NCBI GenBank assembly: GCA_036826295.1
Contig: DAISWO010000003.1
Coordinates: forward strand, 42,018-106,017
Direction of reading: 5' to 3'
Length of the DNA: 64,000 nucleotides
Origin: Candidatus Saccharimonadota bacterium
GTDB taxonomy: Bacteria; Patescibacteriota; Saccharimonadia; Saccharimonadales; JAGQNJ01
The position numbers were made by a program, and so were the translations under genes. This document shows, in pieces, positions 25,667-35,106 of the stretch (positions are counted from its first letter, which is position 1; each line of letters opens with the position of its first letter). The notes under the pieces are model-generated. The model saw only the letters and a list, made by a program, of their open reading frames with translations, ran no database searches and was not told the origin of the DNA.

Positions 25667-26755
25667 TTATTTTTCGTTTAAGTTTTGATTTAGATAGGCT
25701 TCGATAAAATCATCAATTTTACCATCCAAAACCCCTGTAACATCGGTAGCCTCACACTTAGTTCTCAGATCTTTCACCATTTTGTAGGGGTGCATTACAT
25801 ACGATCTAATTTGATTACCCCATTCAGCCGAAGTATTCGGACCCTTCAATAAATTAATTGTTTCTTGGTGTTGTTCCATCTGTAACTGGGCTATTTTTGA
25901 TCTTAAGATAGTTAAAGCAGTTTCCTTATTTTGGAGCTGTGAACGCTCGTTTTGGATGCTAACAACAATTTTGGTTGGGATATGCGTGATACGCACAGCT
26001 GAATCTGTAGTATTTACACTTTGTCCACCATGACCACCAGCTCTATAAACATCAATCTTGAGATCCTTCTCGTCAATCTCTAGCTCTGTACTGGACTCGA
26101 TCTTTGGCAAAATATCTACTTTGGCAAAACTAGTTTGTCTGAGGTTGTCAGAGTTATATGGACTTAATCTGACTAGTCTATGCACCCCTTGCTCAGCTTT
26201 TAGTATTCCATATGCAAACTCGCCCTTTACAGAGAATGTAACGCTTTTTATTCCGGCTTCATCGCCTGCTGATTGATCGATAATATCAACTTTAAAATTA
26301 TGGTTTTCGCAGTACCTTAGATACATTCGCTGTAGCATCGATGCCCAATCTTGTGCATCCGTGCCACCGGCCCCGGCGTATATCGACACTATGGCATCAT
26401 TACTATCATGCTTGCCCGAAAACTTAAGTTCATTTTTTAGCAATCCAAAGCTTGAGACCAGTTGATTATATTGTTGCTGAATCTCGGTCGCCATTTTCTC
26501 ATCACCTAGTCCAACCAGTTCTTCTAATTCGGTCACGGACGACAAGGCATCATCCCAAATTTTTATTCGCTGTTTTATCGACCCAATCTTCTGCATTATA
26601 TCCTGCGCATTCTTAGAGTCATTCCAAAAGTTTTCATTTTCTGACTCGACTTCTAGTTCTCTCAGTCGTTGCTTTGTGGCAGTTAAATTGATTTGATTTG
26701 AAGCATCAATAATTTGTTTTTTTAGTATATTAATTTTCTTGATTAATTCTTGCAT
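25667..26755 (-). CDS. prfB: Peptide chain release factor 2 (uninterrupted ORF, no +1 frameshift site)
   Basis: 362 aa. GGQ motif (GGHGGQSVN). The RF2-type tripeptide region reads LVRLSPYNSDNLRQTSF (SPY rather than SPF). Confidence 0.9.
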   Translation of the reverse strand: MQELIKKINILKKQIIDASNQINLTATKQRLRELEVESENENFWNDSKNAQDIMQKIGSIKQRIKIWDDALSSVTELEELVGLGDEKMATEIQQQYNQLVSSFGLLKNELKFSGKHDSNDAIVSIYAGAGGTDAQDWASMLQRMYLRYCENHNFKVDIIDQSAGDEAGIKSVTFSVKGEFAYGILKAEQGVHRLVRLSPYNSDNLRQTSFAKVDILPKIESSTELEIDEKDLKIDVYRAGGHGGQSVNTTDSAVRITHIPTKIVVSIQNERSQLQNKETALTILRSKIAQLQMEQHQETINLLKGPNTSAEWGNQIRSYVMHPYKMVKDLRTKCEATDVTGVLDGKIDDFIEAYLNQNLNEK

Positions 26756-26801
26756 TACAATTAATTATATCCTAGTAAGAAACGGATTGATAAAAACAAT
26801 A

Positions 26802-28106
26802 CTATTTCAAAAATGATGATTTAAGCCATAGAGGCTTTAATATCATAGAGAGATCCGCTATCAATCCATCATCAGCTTTTCCTAAAAGTCCGAATCCACC
26901 GATTTTGTTCTCAAACATTTTATTCGTTATTCCGACAATCTGTTCAAGAGTTACTGCCTCAATCCTTTTCGGGATATGGTAATAGTCCTCCACGCTGTCG
27001 TTAAAAAAGTAATTATTGCTATATCCTGCGGCTGTTCCTGACACGGTTTGTGCGCTCCTCTGATACCTTCCTAAAGCGTACTGCTTCGAACTAATTATAT
27101 CCTGTTCACTCAACAAACCTTTTCTTGTATTCATTATTTCTTTAGCGATGAGTTCAAATAAAGTCCGGATATTATCTGGGTGCACTTGGGCAGCAAACCA
27201 CCAATTGCTCCCACCATTCCACCTGGCGTGAGAAGAGCTAACATCGTAAACAATTCCCTGCTCTCTGGCTGCTCCAAGAATTCTAGAATGGAAAGTCTCA
27301 GTTAATAAGTTATTTGCTAAAGATAATGCATCGCTCTCTTCATTTGTCATCCATCTATCCATGAACGTGTCGATATAGAAATAAATGTTCTCGACGGATG
27401 ATTTTGCAATGTATAAGGGTTTTTTTATTCTTCGTGGTGATTCCGTGGGAAGCGCAATACGTTTTTTTGTTTTAGGAAGTGATATGTTCTCGAGTAACTG
27501 AATCATTTCTTCTTGTTTCGATTTAGTAATTTTTCCAGCAAACACAAAACGCATATTACCTGTGGTATGCGTGTCGATATAATGCTTCCTAATATCGTCT
27601 ATAGAAACATTTGTTAAGAATTCTAAGCGTTCTTGATCTGTCATCGCAATCAGACCATTAGCTTGCCTAAGAGCAAGGCCCAAATGCCTAAAATTATTAT
27701 TTGATCTTGAAATTAACTCCTCTTTAACATTGCCAAGCTCTGCTTGATATTCTTCCTCTAGAAAAAGTGGTTTTGTGATTGCCAGAATTGCCAGATCTAG
27801 AATACGTTGCCATTCGAAATCTGCGCATTCAAACTCGTAAGTAATATCATAGACTCCAGTTGACGCATTTGAATAGGCTCCATTTTTTTCTACTTCCGCC
27901 TGAAAAAGACGGCTTTTTGGAAATCTATCGTTTGCCCCGAGAAGTATATGTTCAACTAGATGTGCCGTTTCGTACTTATCTCTTGGGGATAAGAACTCTC
28001 CTGCTCGAAAGTTAATTTCATAAGTCATCACTGAGGCGTCGGGTACGTTAATAAATATACCTTTTACACCGTTTTTTAACTTAACCTCACTAACAGTATG
28101 TTTCAT
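26802..28106 (-). CDS. M16 family zinc peptidase (insulinase-like)
   Basis: Inverted zinc motif HLVEH (HxxEH) near the N-terminus. 434 aa. Confidence 0.8.
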   Translation of the reverse strand: MKHTVSEVKLKNGVKGIFINVPDASVMTYEINFRAGEFLSPRDKYETAHLVEHILLGANDRFPKSRLFQAEVEKNGAYSNASTGVYDITYEFECADFEWQRILDLAILAITKPLFLEEEYQAELGNVKEELISRSNNNFRHLGLALRQANGLIAMTDQERLEFLTNVSIDDIRKHYIDTHTTGNMRFVFAGKITKSKQEEMIQLLENISLPKTKKRIALPTESPRRIKKPLYIAKSSVENIYFYIDTFMDRWMTNEESDALSLANNLLTETFHSRILGAAREQGIVYDVSSSHARWNGGSNWWFAAQVHPDNIRTLFELIAKEIMNTRKGLLSEQDIISSKQYALGRYQRSAQTVSGTAAGYSNNYFFNDSVEDYYHIPKRIEAVTLEQIVGITNKMFENKIGGFGLLGKADDGLIADLSMILKPLWLKSSFLK

Positions 28107-28113
28107 GTACTTT

Positions 28114-30744
28114 CTATTTTCTACGGCCTTTTGCTCGTCGCTTTCTTTCTGCTTTTCGAGATTTAGACTTCGATTTCTTCTTTACATTTGTTTTTTTAAT
28201 ACTTGATCGTTGCTGGACTACTGGTGAAGATGTGGTTTTAGCCGACTTAAAATCGTTGGCGTTAAACTCTTCGCCTTCAATAATTTTATCGGCGTTCTCT
28301 ATAGAATTTCGTGCAGCCCTAGTCAACTCAGTCTCAATTGGAGCGTCAATATCTTCATCCCGAAGCGGTTCTGCACTAAATAGTGCCTTCAGTACATCAT
28401 GCCTTAATGTGGCTTGCATCGACTCGAACAATATTTGTGCTTGTCTACGGTATTCAACTAAAGGATCTCGCTGACCAACACTTATCCAACCAATCCCTTC
28501 ACGCAAATGATCCATTTCTTCTAGGTGTTGCATCCACAAGTTATCCAAAACCTGCAAGTATATATCACTTTCAACTTTCCTCATTATTTCAGACGTAAAC
28601 GACTTCTCTCTCTCAGCATAGATGATCATAGCCTCTTTTTTTAGAGCTTGCGGAAACTTATTTACATCAGCTGAAAATAATTTATCTAGAGTCTTTTCAC
28701 TAAACGGAAAAACATCAACGATAATATCTTGATAATCATAACTCGTTATTTTTTCCGATTGAGCAATAACATCAGTCTCGGCGTCGATCAATTGTTTAAT
28801 TCTAGGGCTAATATCATTTTGCTTTAAAATTTCACGCCGCATTATGTATGTAGCTTTTCTATGACGGTTCATAACATCATCGTACTGAACAAGATTTTTC
28901 CGTTGATCGAAGTTAAAGCCTTCAACTTTCTTTTGGGCTCCCTCCAAGCTTTTAGAAATAAACCTATTCTCAATTGGCGTTTCCTCGTCTGCAGCCAACC
29001 TATTCATTACGGCTGCAATACGCTCCCCACCAAATATTCTCATTAGATCGTCTTCGCAAGATACAAAAAACTGACTCGCGCCTGGATCTCCCTGTCTACC
29101 AGATCTCCCCCTTAACTGATTATCGATACGTCTAGATTCGTGCCTTTCACTACCTAGAACAAACAATCCACCTAGCTTCTTCACTTCTTCGGATAAAACA
29201 ATATCAGTCCCACGTCCAGCAATATTAGTAGCTAACGTGACTGCGCCTTTCTGACCGGCATTTGCTACAATATGCGCTTCTTTTTCGTTATTCTTTGCAT
29301 TCAACACCTGATGTGGCACCTTAGCTTCGTTCAATAGTTTTGATAATAACTCGTTTTTTTCAATGGATACTGTCCCAATCAACACAGGCTGTCCAATTTT
29401 ATGCAATTTTTTTAGCTCTTTTACTATTGCTCGGAACTTTCCTGCCTCTGTTTTGAATATTTTATCGGCTTTGTCGTCACGAATAACTTTTTTATTCGGG
29501 GGAATCTCTATGACGTCTAGTTCGTATATCTGATGGAATTCTTCTTGTTCTGTGGCAGCGGTACCTGTCATACCCGAAAGTTTGTCGTATAAACGGAACA
29601 GGTTCTGAAAACTAATTGTAGCAAGTGTCATTGATTCTTCTTGGACTGCAACTCCTTCTTTTGCTTCAATCGCCTGGTGTAAACCTTCGTTATATCTTCT
29701 TCCTTTTAATAATCGACCAGTGAATTCATCGACAATTACTACTTCACCATTGTTTGTAACCACATAATTTTTATCTCTTTCGAACAAAGCACGAGCGCGA
29801 AGGGCTTGTTCTAGATGATAAATTGTACGGATGTTTTCTGTCGAATAAAGACTTTCGACCCCTAAAATCTTTTCAACTTCTTCGATACCCTCGTCCGTGA
29901 GTACTACAGCTTTTCTTTTTTCATCTTTTTCATAATGTTTTTCGCTGTTCAATCGACTGACAATTCTCGCGAATTGTTCGTAGGCTGTTGCGCTAGCTGC
30001 CGCTGGCGCAGAAATGATTAGAGGTGTCCTAGCTTCATCGATTAAAATTGAGTCTACTTCGTCTACGATCGCAAAGTTTAGCTCCCTTTGCCTGAGTTGA
30101 TCAACTTCTCTAACCATATTATCTCGCAAGTAATCAAATCCAAATTCATTATTAGTTCCATAGGTAATATCCGCCGCATACGCCTCTTGCCTACTGCATG
30201 GTTTTAGATGCCTAAACCTGGCGTCGTCATGTGAATCATCAACGTATTTTTTATCGAATATGAATGAATCGTCGGGCATAATTACCCCAACACTTAAACC
30301 AAGAAAATCGTATATTTCACCCATCCAGCCACCATGTAAGCGCGCCAGATAATCATTGACCGTAATCAGATGAGCCCCTTTTCCTTCTAAGGCGTTAAGA
30401 AACAACGGCAAAGTAGCAACAAGAGTTTTTCCTTCACCAGTTTTCATCTCAGCGACAGCGCCTTCATGCAACACCATTCCACCAATAAGCTGAACATCAA
30501 AATGACGCTGACCAATTACCCTCGAAGCAGTCTCTCTGACTAAAGCAAAGGCTTCTGGGAGTATTTTGTCTAGGCTTGATTTTTCAAGTTTCTGTTTTAA
30601 TAACGCTGTCTGCTTTTTTAGCTGAGCGTCTGACATTTTTTGATATTTTGGAGCTAGTACATTGATGTCCTTGACTTTTTTTGTTAGTCGTTTCAGGGTT
30701 CTAGCCTGTGGATCACCTAGTATTTTTTTTGCAATTTTATTCAC
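28114..30744 (-). CDS. secA: Preprotein translocase ATPase SecA
   Basis: 876 aa. MKTGEGKTLV Walker A and DEVDSILIDEARTPLIIS. Lys/Arg-rich C-terminal tail with no Cys zinc finger. Confidence 0.95.
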   Translation of the reverse strand: MNKIAKKILGDPQARTLKRLTKKVKDINVLAPKYQKMSDAQLKKQTALLKQKLEKSSLDKILPEAFALVRETASRVIGQRHFDVQLIGGMVLHEGAVAEMKTGEGKTLVATLPLFLNALEGKGAHLITVNDYLARLHGGWMGEIYDFLGLSVGVIMPDDSFIFDKKYVDDSHDDARFRHLKPCSRQEAYAADITYGTNNEFGFDYLRDNMVREVDQLRQRELNFAIVDEVDSILIDEARTPLIISAPAAASATAYEQFARIVSRLNSEKHYEKDEKRKAVVLTDEGIEEVEKILGVESLYSTENIRTIYHLEQALRARALFERDKNYVVTNNGEVVIVDEFTGRLLKGRRYNEGLHQAIEAKEGVAVQEESMTLATISFQNLFRLYDKLSGMTGTAATEQEEFHQIYELDVIEIPPNKKVIRDDKADKIFKTEAGKFRAIVKELKKLHKIGQPVLIGTVSIEKNELLSKLLNEAKVPHQVLNAKNNEKEAHIVANAGQKGAVTLATNIAGRGTDIVLSEEVKKLGGLFVLGSERHESRRIDNQLRGRSGRQGDPGASQFFVSCEDDLMRIFGGERIAAVMNRLAADEETPIENRFISKSLEGAQKKVEGFNFDQRKNLVQYDDVMNRHRKATYIMRREILKQNDISPRIKQLIDAETDVIAQSEKITSYDYQDIIVDVFPFSEKTLDKLFSADVNKFPQALKKEAMIIYAEREKSFTSEIMRKVESDIYLQVLDNLWMQHLEEMDHLREGIGWISVGQRDPLVEYRRQAQILFESMQATLRHDVLKALFSAEPLRDEDIDAPIETELTRAARNSIENADKIIEGEEFNANDFKSAKTTSSPVVQQRSSIKKTNVKKKSKSKSRKAERKRRAKGRRK

Positions 30745-30799
30745 GGTCGTAATTCTCTTCCCTCATACTGTTTTTATAGCTTCATTTATTGTAACGTAT

Positions 30800-31165
30800 C
30801 TATCTTGTCTTGCGCGAGCGCAATTTGGCGAGAATCTTTTTCGACACCTTGTGATCAGTATTCTTGTCTTTATACTTTTTTAGTTGATTCTTTAATTTGG
30901 TCTCTACTATATCTACTGCCGCATAAATATTTATTGTCGCTTCTTTTGTGGCAATTGTTTCTTTTGGTAATTTTATGATTACCTCACAAGTACATTCTTT
31001 TTTAGTCTTAATTACTCTTTCCTTTAAATGCACAACCATATGCGCCGACTCTCTCGAATGACGTGGCATATACTTATCTAAACGACCGAGCTTTTTCTCT
31101 ACATACTTTTGTAAGTCATTATCGACTTTTAGGTTTATTCCTTGAACCTCCATTTTTTGTATCAT
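30800..31165 (-). CDS. hpf: Ribosome hibernation promoting factor (short HPF/RaiA family)
   Basis: 121 aa. GINLKVDNDLQKYVEKKLGRLDKY is typical of sigma-54 modulation/HPF proteins. Confidence 0.85.
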   Translation of the reverse strand: MIQKMEVQGINLKVDNDLQKYVEKKLGRLDKYMPRHSRESAHMVVHLKERVIKTKKECTCEVIIKLPKETIATKEATINIYAAVDIVETKLKNQLKKYKDKNTDHKVSKKILAKLRSRKTR

Positions 31166-32464
31166 TTAAATTACTTCCTTTCCATTCATATATTTTTTTA
31201 AAACTTCTGGAATCACCACATCACCGGCTTTTGTCTGATAATTTTCAATTATTGCTACTAGTGGCCTCTCAGAAAAAACCGTTGCGTCATTGGTGTGCAC
31301 AAACTCCACTTTGCCATCATTTCGCCGGAATCTTGTCTTCATGCTCCGTGCCTGAAAATCAGTAATATAGTCGGCAGTATGAGTTTCTCGATACTTGTAT
31401 TGCCCAGGCAACCAAGTGTTTACGTCTACACCTTTCGCGTTAGGAAAGCCAATGTCAGCAGTACACTTCTCAATGACTTGATATGGCAACTTAAGCGACT
31501 TCATCAAATATTCTTCAATCGCTACCATAAAGAGATGTTCATCGAAAGATTCGTCTGGGCTACAAAAACTCTCCATCTCTAACTTGTTGAATTGATGCAA
31601 GCGAAATATGCCTTCTGTGTCCTTTCCATATGTCCCCGCCTCTCTTCTAAACGCCGTCGTATACCCTACATATCGTATCGGTAAATCTTTTTCGTCTAGA
31701 ATTTCGTTCATATACATTGGCGCAAGAGTGTGCTCGGCGCTCGCATTGAGCCAGAGATCTTCATCCTCTAATTTGTAGGTCTGCTCTTCTTTATTTAGCC
31801 GCCCAGTTGCTTGAAATACTGCTGTTTTGGCGACCGCCGGCGGTATAACAAAGGTAAATGGCTTAGCGCTGACTTTTAGTTTTGCATCTTCAGCAATTTT
31901 CTTAATAATCTCAGCGTTCGTTACTATATCTAATCCGTATTGCCATAACGCAAACTCTAATCTAGCCAAATCACCTTTAATATACACAAACCTACTACCG
32001 GCAACTTTAACGGCACGTTCTTTATCTAGCCAACCTTTTTCATGAGCAATCTCCCAGTGATTTTTAGGCTTGAAATCAAAATCTGGTTTTTCGCCGACGG
32101 TGCTTACGACTTCGTTTTCATCTTCGCTATAACCGACAGGAACAATCTCTTCTAGAGGCATATTAGGAACTTTATTAATGAGGTCGTTAAACTGCTTTTC
32201 AATTATCGACAGATTACCTTCTAGTTCTGACAACTTATCTTTTAAGTCTTTGCCTTTTTGTACAATCGCCTCACTTGGTTTCTGCCCCTTTGAACTTGAA
32301 GCGAGGTCATTACGTTCTGCTCGTAGTGTCTCAACTTGCCGCTGAAGGTCTTTCTTTTCTACATCTAATTTAAGTAACTTTGCAGTATCGACTTCATAGC
32401 CTTTTTGTTTGGCTTTCTCATTAACTAACTCAGGGTTATCCCTCACAAATTGGATGTCTATCAT
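31166..32464 (-). CDS. serS: Serine--tRNA ligase
   Basis: 432 aa. MIDIQFVRDNPE start, coiled-coil arm, class II core (FRREAG). Confidence 0.93.
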   Translation of the reverse strand: MIDIQFVRDNPELVNEKAKQKGYEVDTAKLLKLDVEKKDLQRQVETLRAERNDLASSSKGQKPSEAIVQKGKDLKDKLSELEGNLSIIEKQFNDLINKVPNMPLEEIVPVGYSEDENEVVSTVGEKPDFDFKPKNHWEIAHEKGWLDKERAVKVAGSRFVYIKGDLARLEFALWQYGLDIVTNAEIIKKIAEDAKLKVSAKPFTFVIPPAVAKTAVFQATGRLNKEEQTYKLEDEDLWLNASAEHTLAPMYMNEILDEKDLPIRYVGYTTAFRREAGTYGKDTEGIFRLHQFNKLEMESFCSPDESFDEHLFMVAIEEYLMKSLKLPYQVIEKCTADIGFPNAKGVDVNTWLPGQYKYRETHTADYITDFQARSMKTRFRRNDGKVEFVHTNDATVFSERPLVAIIENYQTKAGDVVIPEVLKKYMNGKEVI

Positions 32465-32482
32465 ATTATCTCTATTATAGCT

Positions 32483-33265
32483 CTATTTCTTATTGTTTTG
32501 TAGGTGTTTTATTGTTAGTTCTGTCCGTTTTTTTGCATACTCACAATAGTCGCAATCCCCGCCCATCGCCGCCTTGCCAACTTTTGGCATATCGCCTTCT
32601 AGACATCTTTTCATTTCATGAAGAGTTTTTCCGACCCAACTATCATCGCCGACATAAGGAATGATTTTTGTTCTAAATTCTATGCGATCATGAAACCCGT
32701 CTTTATCTAAACGGCCGTTAGCATACACAAAATAACCAGTATTGTTCACCTGAAACCCATTCTGACGTAAGAGCCATTGGTACACTTCCATCTGTCTTTT
32801 ATACGCCATTTGCCAATCAGCATCGATTGTAACGTCAGCCTGTTTGGCGGTTGCCTTATAGTCAACCACTACTAATTCATCGTGTTCGTTAGTCCATACG
32901 TCATCAACTGCTCCTGTAACAAACAGGTTAGACTCTTCATCTAAGTGCTGTACCCCAACAAAGTTTTCTCGCCATTTGTTTAAATCTTTATGTGCAAAAG
33001 GAATAGCGGATACATTGTATTCAATCATAATTGGATGAGGTTGTTTTTTGCTACGAAAATCGTCAAATTCTTTTTTTAAAAGTTCGTCGACAGCACTGTT
33101 GATTCTAAACGGAGGTCCATTCGGTCTTTTTAGTTTTAATCTCGCATCTAGCCAAAAACATCGTGGGCACTGCGTAAATAATTCTATTTTGCTCCGACTA
33201 ACTTTAAAGGCTTCTTTTTGGCCTGGTCTGTAGGCCTGACCTCTTTTACTATAACTCGTTATCAT
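32483..33265 (-). CDS. PD-(D/E)XK nuclease superfamily protein with N- and C-terminal CxxC pairs (Cas4/RecB-like fold)
   Basis: QCPRCFWLD, the D...VVVDYKA catalytic motif, and C-terminal GGDCDYCEY. Confidence 0.7.
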   Translation of the reverse strand: MITSYSKRGQAYRPGQKEAFKVSRSKIELFTQCPRCFWLDARLKLKRPNGPPFRINSAVDELLKKEFDDFRSKKQPHPIMIEYNVSAIPFAHKDLNKWRENFVGVQHLDEESNLFVTGAVDDVWTNEHDELVVVDYKATAKQADVTIDADWQMAYKRQMEVYQWLLRQNGFQVNNTGYFVYANGRLDKDGFHDRIEFRTKIIPYVGDDSWVGKTLHEMKRCLEGDMPKVGKAAMGGDCDYCEYAKKRTELTIKHLQNNKK

Positions 33266-33301
33266 TTATACACATTATAGCATTACAGACGATTGTAATT
33301 T

Positions 33302-33922
33302 TTATGGGTTTTGAATGAAACGAATTATGTCTTTAGGTTTTTCCGCAATAAAGTCTGGGTTATTTTTACTAAGAATTTTATCTCCGTTAAATCCCCATGT
33401 AACGGAGATGACCGGCAAGCCTACTTTATTTGACGCCTTGATATCTCTCACCTCGTCACCGATATATATACAAGATTTTTTATCAATCTTGTACTTTTTT
33501 ATTACGCTCTTTAACGCTATGGTTTTACCAAACACACCGACCCCTCCAACTATGCTTTCAAAATACTGATTTAAATTATTATTCATAAGTAAAATATTTA
33601 TATTTTCCACACTATTACTACTCACAATATACAAATGATGGCCGTCATCATGGAGCCGCTTGATGACATCAGACAAACCAGAAAACACTTTAACTCTCGA
33701 AATATTTTGCTTTATATATGATCTTGCCAGCACAACGTACTTAGGAATTCTATGATAAGGAACATTTAGTTCGCTAATTAACTGTTTAACGGTCATGTTC
33801 TTATATTTCTTGATTTTTTCGTCAGTTAAGCCCAAATCACCTAGAACCGTCTCTGCACATTCAATCGCAACTGGAAGAGTGTCAGCAATAGTACCATCAA
33901 AATCAAAAATCACACTCTTCAT
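33302..33922 (-). CDS. HAD superfamily hydrolase (phosphatase)
   Basis: Motif I is VIFDFDGTIADT; motif IV region is YIGDEVRD. Confidence 0.8.
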   Translation of the reverse strand: MKSVIFDFDGTIADTLPVAIECAETVLGDLGLTDEKIKKYKNMTVKQLISELNVPYHRIPKYVVLARSYIKQNISRVKVFSGLSDVIKRLHDDGHHLYIVSSNSVENINILLMNNNLNQYFESIVGGVGVFGKTIALKSVIKKYKIDKKSCIYIGDEVRDIKASNKVGLPVISVTWGFNGDKILSKNNPDFIAEKPKDIIRFIQNP

Positions 33923-33971
33923 AAGATTATTATACTACTTTAATGTAAGAAGTTTCTGTCTGTTTAAATTC

Positions 33972-34781
33972 TCATGGGCGAAGAGCACCAAAAAAGACCT
34001 GCCAGGCAAGCAGTGATTTTGCGACGAGGCTAAGAATCATGTAGACACGTTCACCGTATAGATAGTCTGACCATTTACCAATCCTTTTGTACTGAAGATA
34101 CATATTAATCGCAAAACAGTTAAAGAATACAAAGAGACTAACATAAATCCAATAAACAAACGTCGGGATTTGACCGCTACCATACATGTTAGAGCCCCAA
34201 AAATAGATCCCAATCACTAACCAAGGCACAATCCCTGCGATACAACCCACAACAAAGCTTACCCACGAGACGTCCTTAGATTTATTATTATGTAACTCCA
34301 TGACGAGCCCGCAAAGGTTCATTACGGCCGTCAAACTAAATATCATAACTAAACTGGAAAGATCGTATATCCCACTCAGGAGCGCTATACCAATCATCAT
34401 TGTGCTGGCACTAAACGAGTATTCAATCCATCGCATTTTATTTATATGATTTTTAAGGTTGCTCTCGTACCAATCACGCAAGTAGGTAGCTAGTAAACCA
34501 TGTGCTAATGCCGACATAAAGAAAAATAACGCAACTAGATAGGCGAGGTTAACATTTGTAACATTCTGCATTGCTGGTACGAGATTTGGCATGCCGTTAG
34601 CATTAGAGTTAATAGTATCTAGCGTCAAGTAGCTGGTGTTAACGGGGAAAGTTACATTTTTAGCCAACCAAACCACTGCTAAGCCCTGCAGTGCGTGCAG
34701 AATCGCTAACACCACATTCCATTTATGTAGTTTTTTGAAATCTTTTGTATTCATAGTATCTTTGCTTTTAAATCTTTTCAT
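33972..34781 (-). CDS. Heliorhodopsin (7-TM retinal-binding protein)
   Basis: 269 aa. RWIEYSFSAS, FVVGCIAGIVPW and LQYKRIGKWSDYLYGERVYMILSLVAKSLLAWQVFFGAL are near-colinear with the prototype heliorhodopsin as I recall it, including the Schiff-base Lys in SLVAKS. Confidence 0.88.
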   Translation of the reverse strand: MKRFKSKDTMNTKDFKKLHKWNVVLAILHALQGLAVVWLAKNVTFPVNTSYLTLDTINSNANGMPNLVPAMQNVTNVNLAYLVALFFFMSALAHGLLATYLRDWYESNLKNHINKMRWIEYSFSASTMMIGIALLSGIYDLSSLVMIFSLTAVMNLCGLVMELHNNKSKDVSWVSFVVGCIAGIVPWLVIGIYFWGSNMYGSGQIPTFVYWIYVSLFVFFNCFAINMYLQYKRIGKWSDYLYGERVYMILSLVAKSLLAWQVFFGALRP

Positions 34782-34797
34782 AAATTTACTTTATCAT

Positions 34798-34820
34798 ATT
34801 CGTCATTTATTTTGACGAAT
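34798..34820. repeat. Perfect 8-bp inverted repeat ATTCGTCA-N7-TGACGAAT between the small ORF and the heliorhodopsin gene (operator or weak terminator)
   Basis: Read directly. Lies 17-39 nt upstream of the heliorhodopsin ATG (34781) and 2 nt after the upstream stop. Confidence 0.4.
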
Positions 34821-34821
34821 T

Positions 34822-35103
34822 TCACATAAAAAAGCTGGGAACAATTACCAACGACAGTATTGCGAGACCAAAAAGCCTGCGAAAATAATTAACCCCGTAG
34901 AATATTTCAAGCATAGACCAGCAAACTATACTCACCAGCGAAACAAGGTCCACAAAAAACTTAAAATCTCCTTCTTGAATAATCTTTGAGACAACCATTG
35001 TTAAAAACTAGATTAATAGTGGCGCATTTGGCCACTGAATTATAACTATTTCTCCGTCGCTATTAAAAAATAGTTTACGGAACAATTTTCGGATTTTATG
35101 CAT
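34822..35103 (-). pseudogene. Small membrane protein ORF interrupted by one in-frame TAG (31 codons + TAG + 61 codons), or two separate micro-ORFs
   Basis: Hand translation: MHKIRKLFRKLFFNSDGEIVIIQWPNAPLLI*FLTMVVSKIIQEGDFKFFVDLVSLVSIVCWSMLEIFYGVNYFRRLFGLAILSLVIVPSFFM*. TAG at 35010..35008. ATG sits 3 nt after the lysS stop. Both pieces are below the ORF-track size cutoff. Confidence 0.5.
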
Positions 35104-35106
35104 AGT

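Noticed and set aside
25667-26755. Looked for the programmed +1 frameshift (short upstream ORF ending CUU UGA C) usual in prfB.
   Set aside because: The ORF is continuous from Met1 through the GGQ domain at normal RF2 length, so there is no frameshift site.
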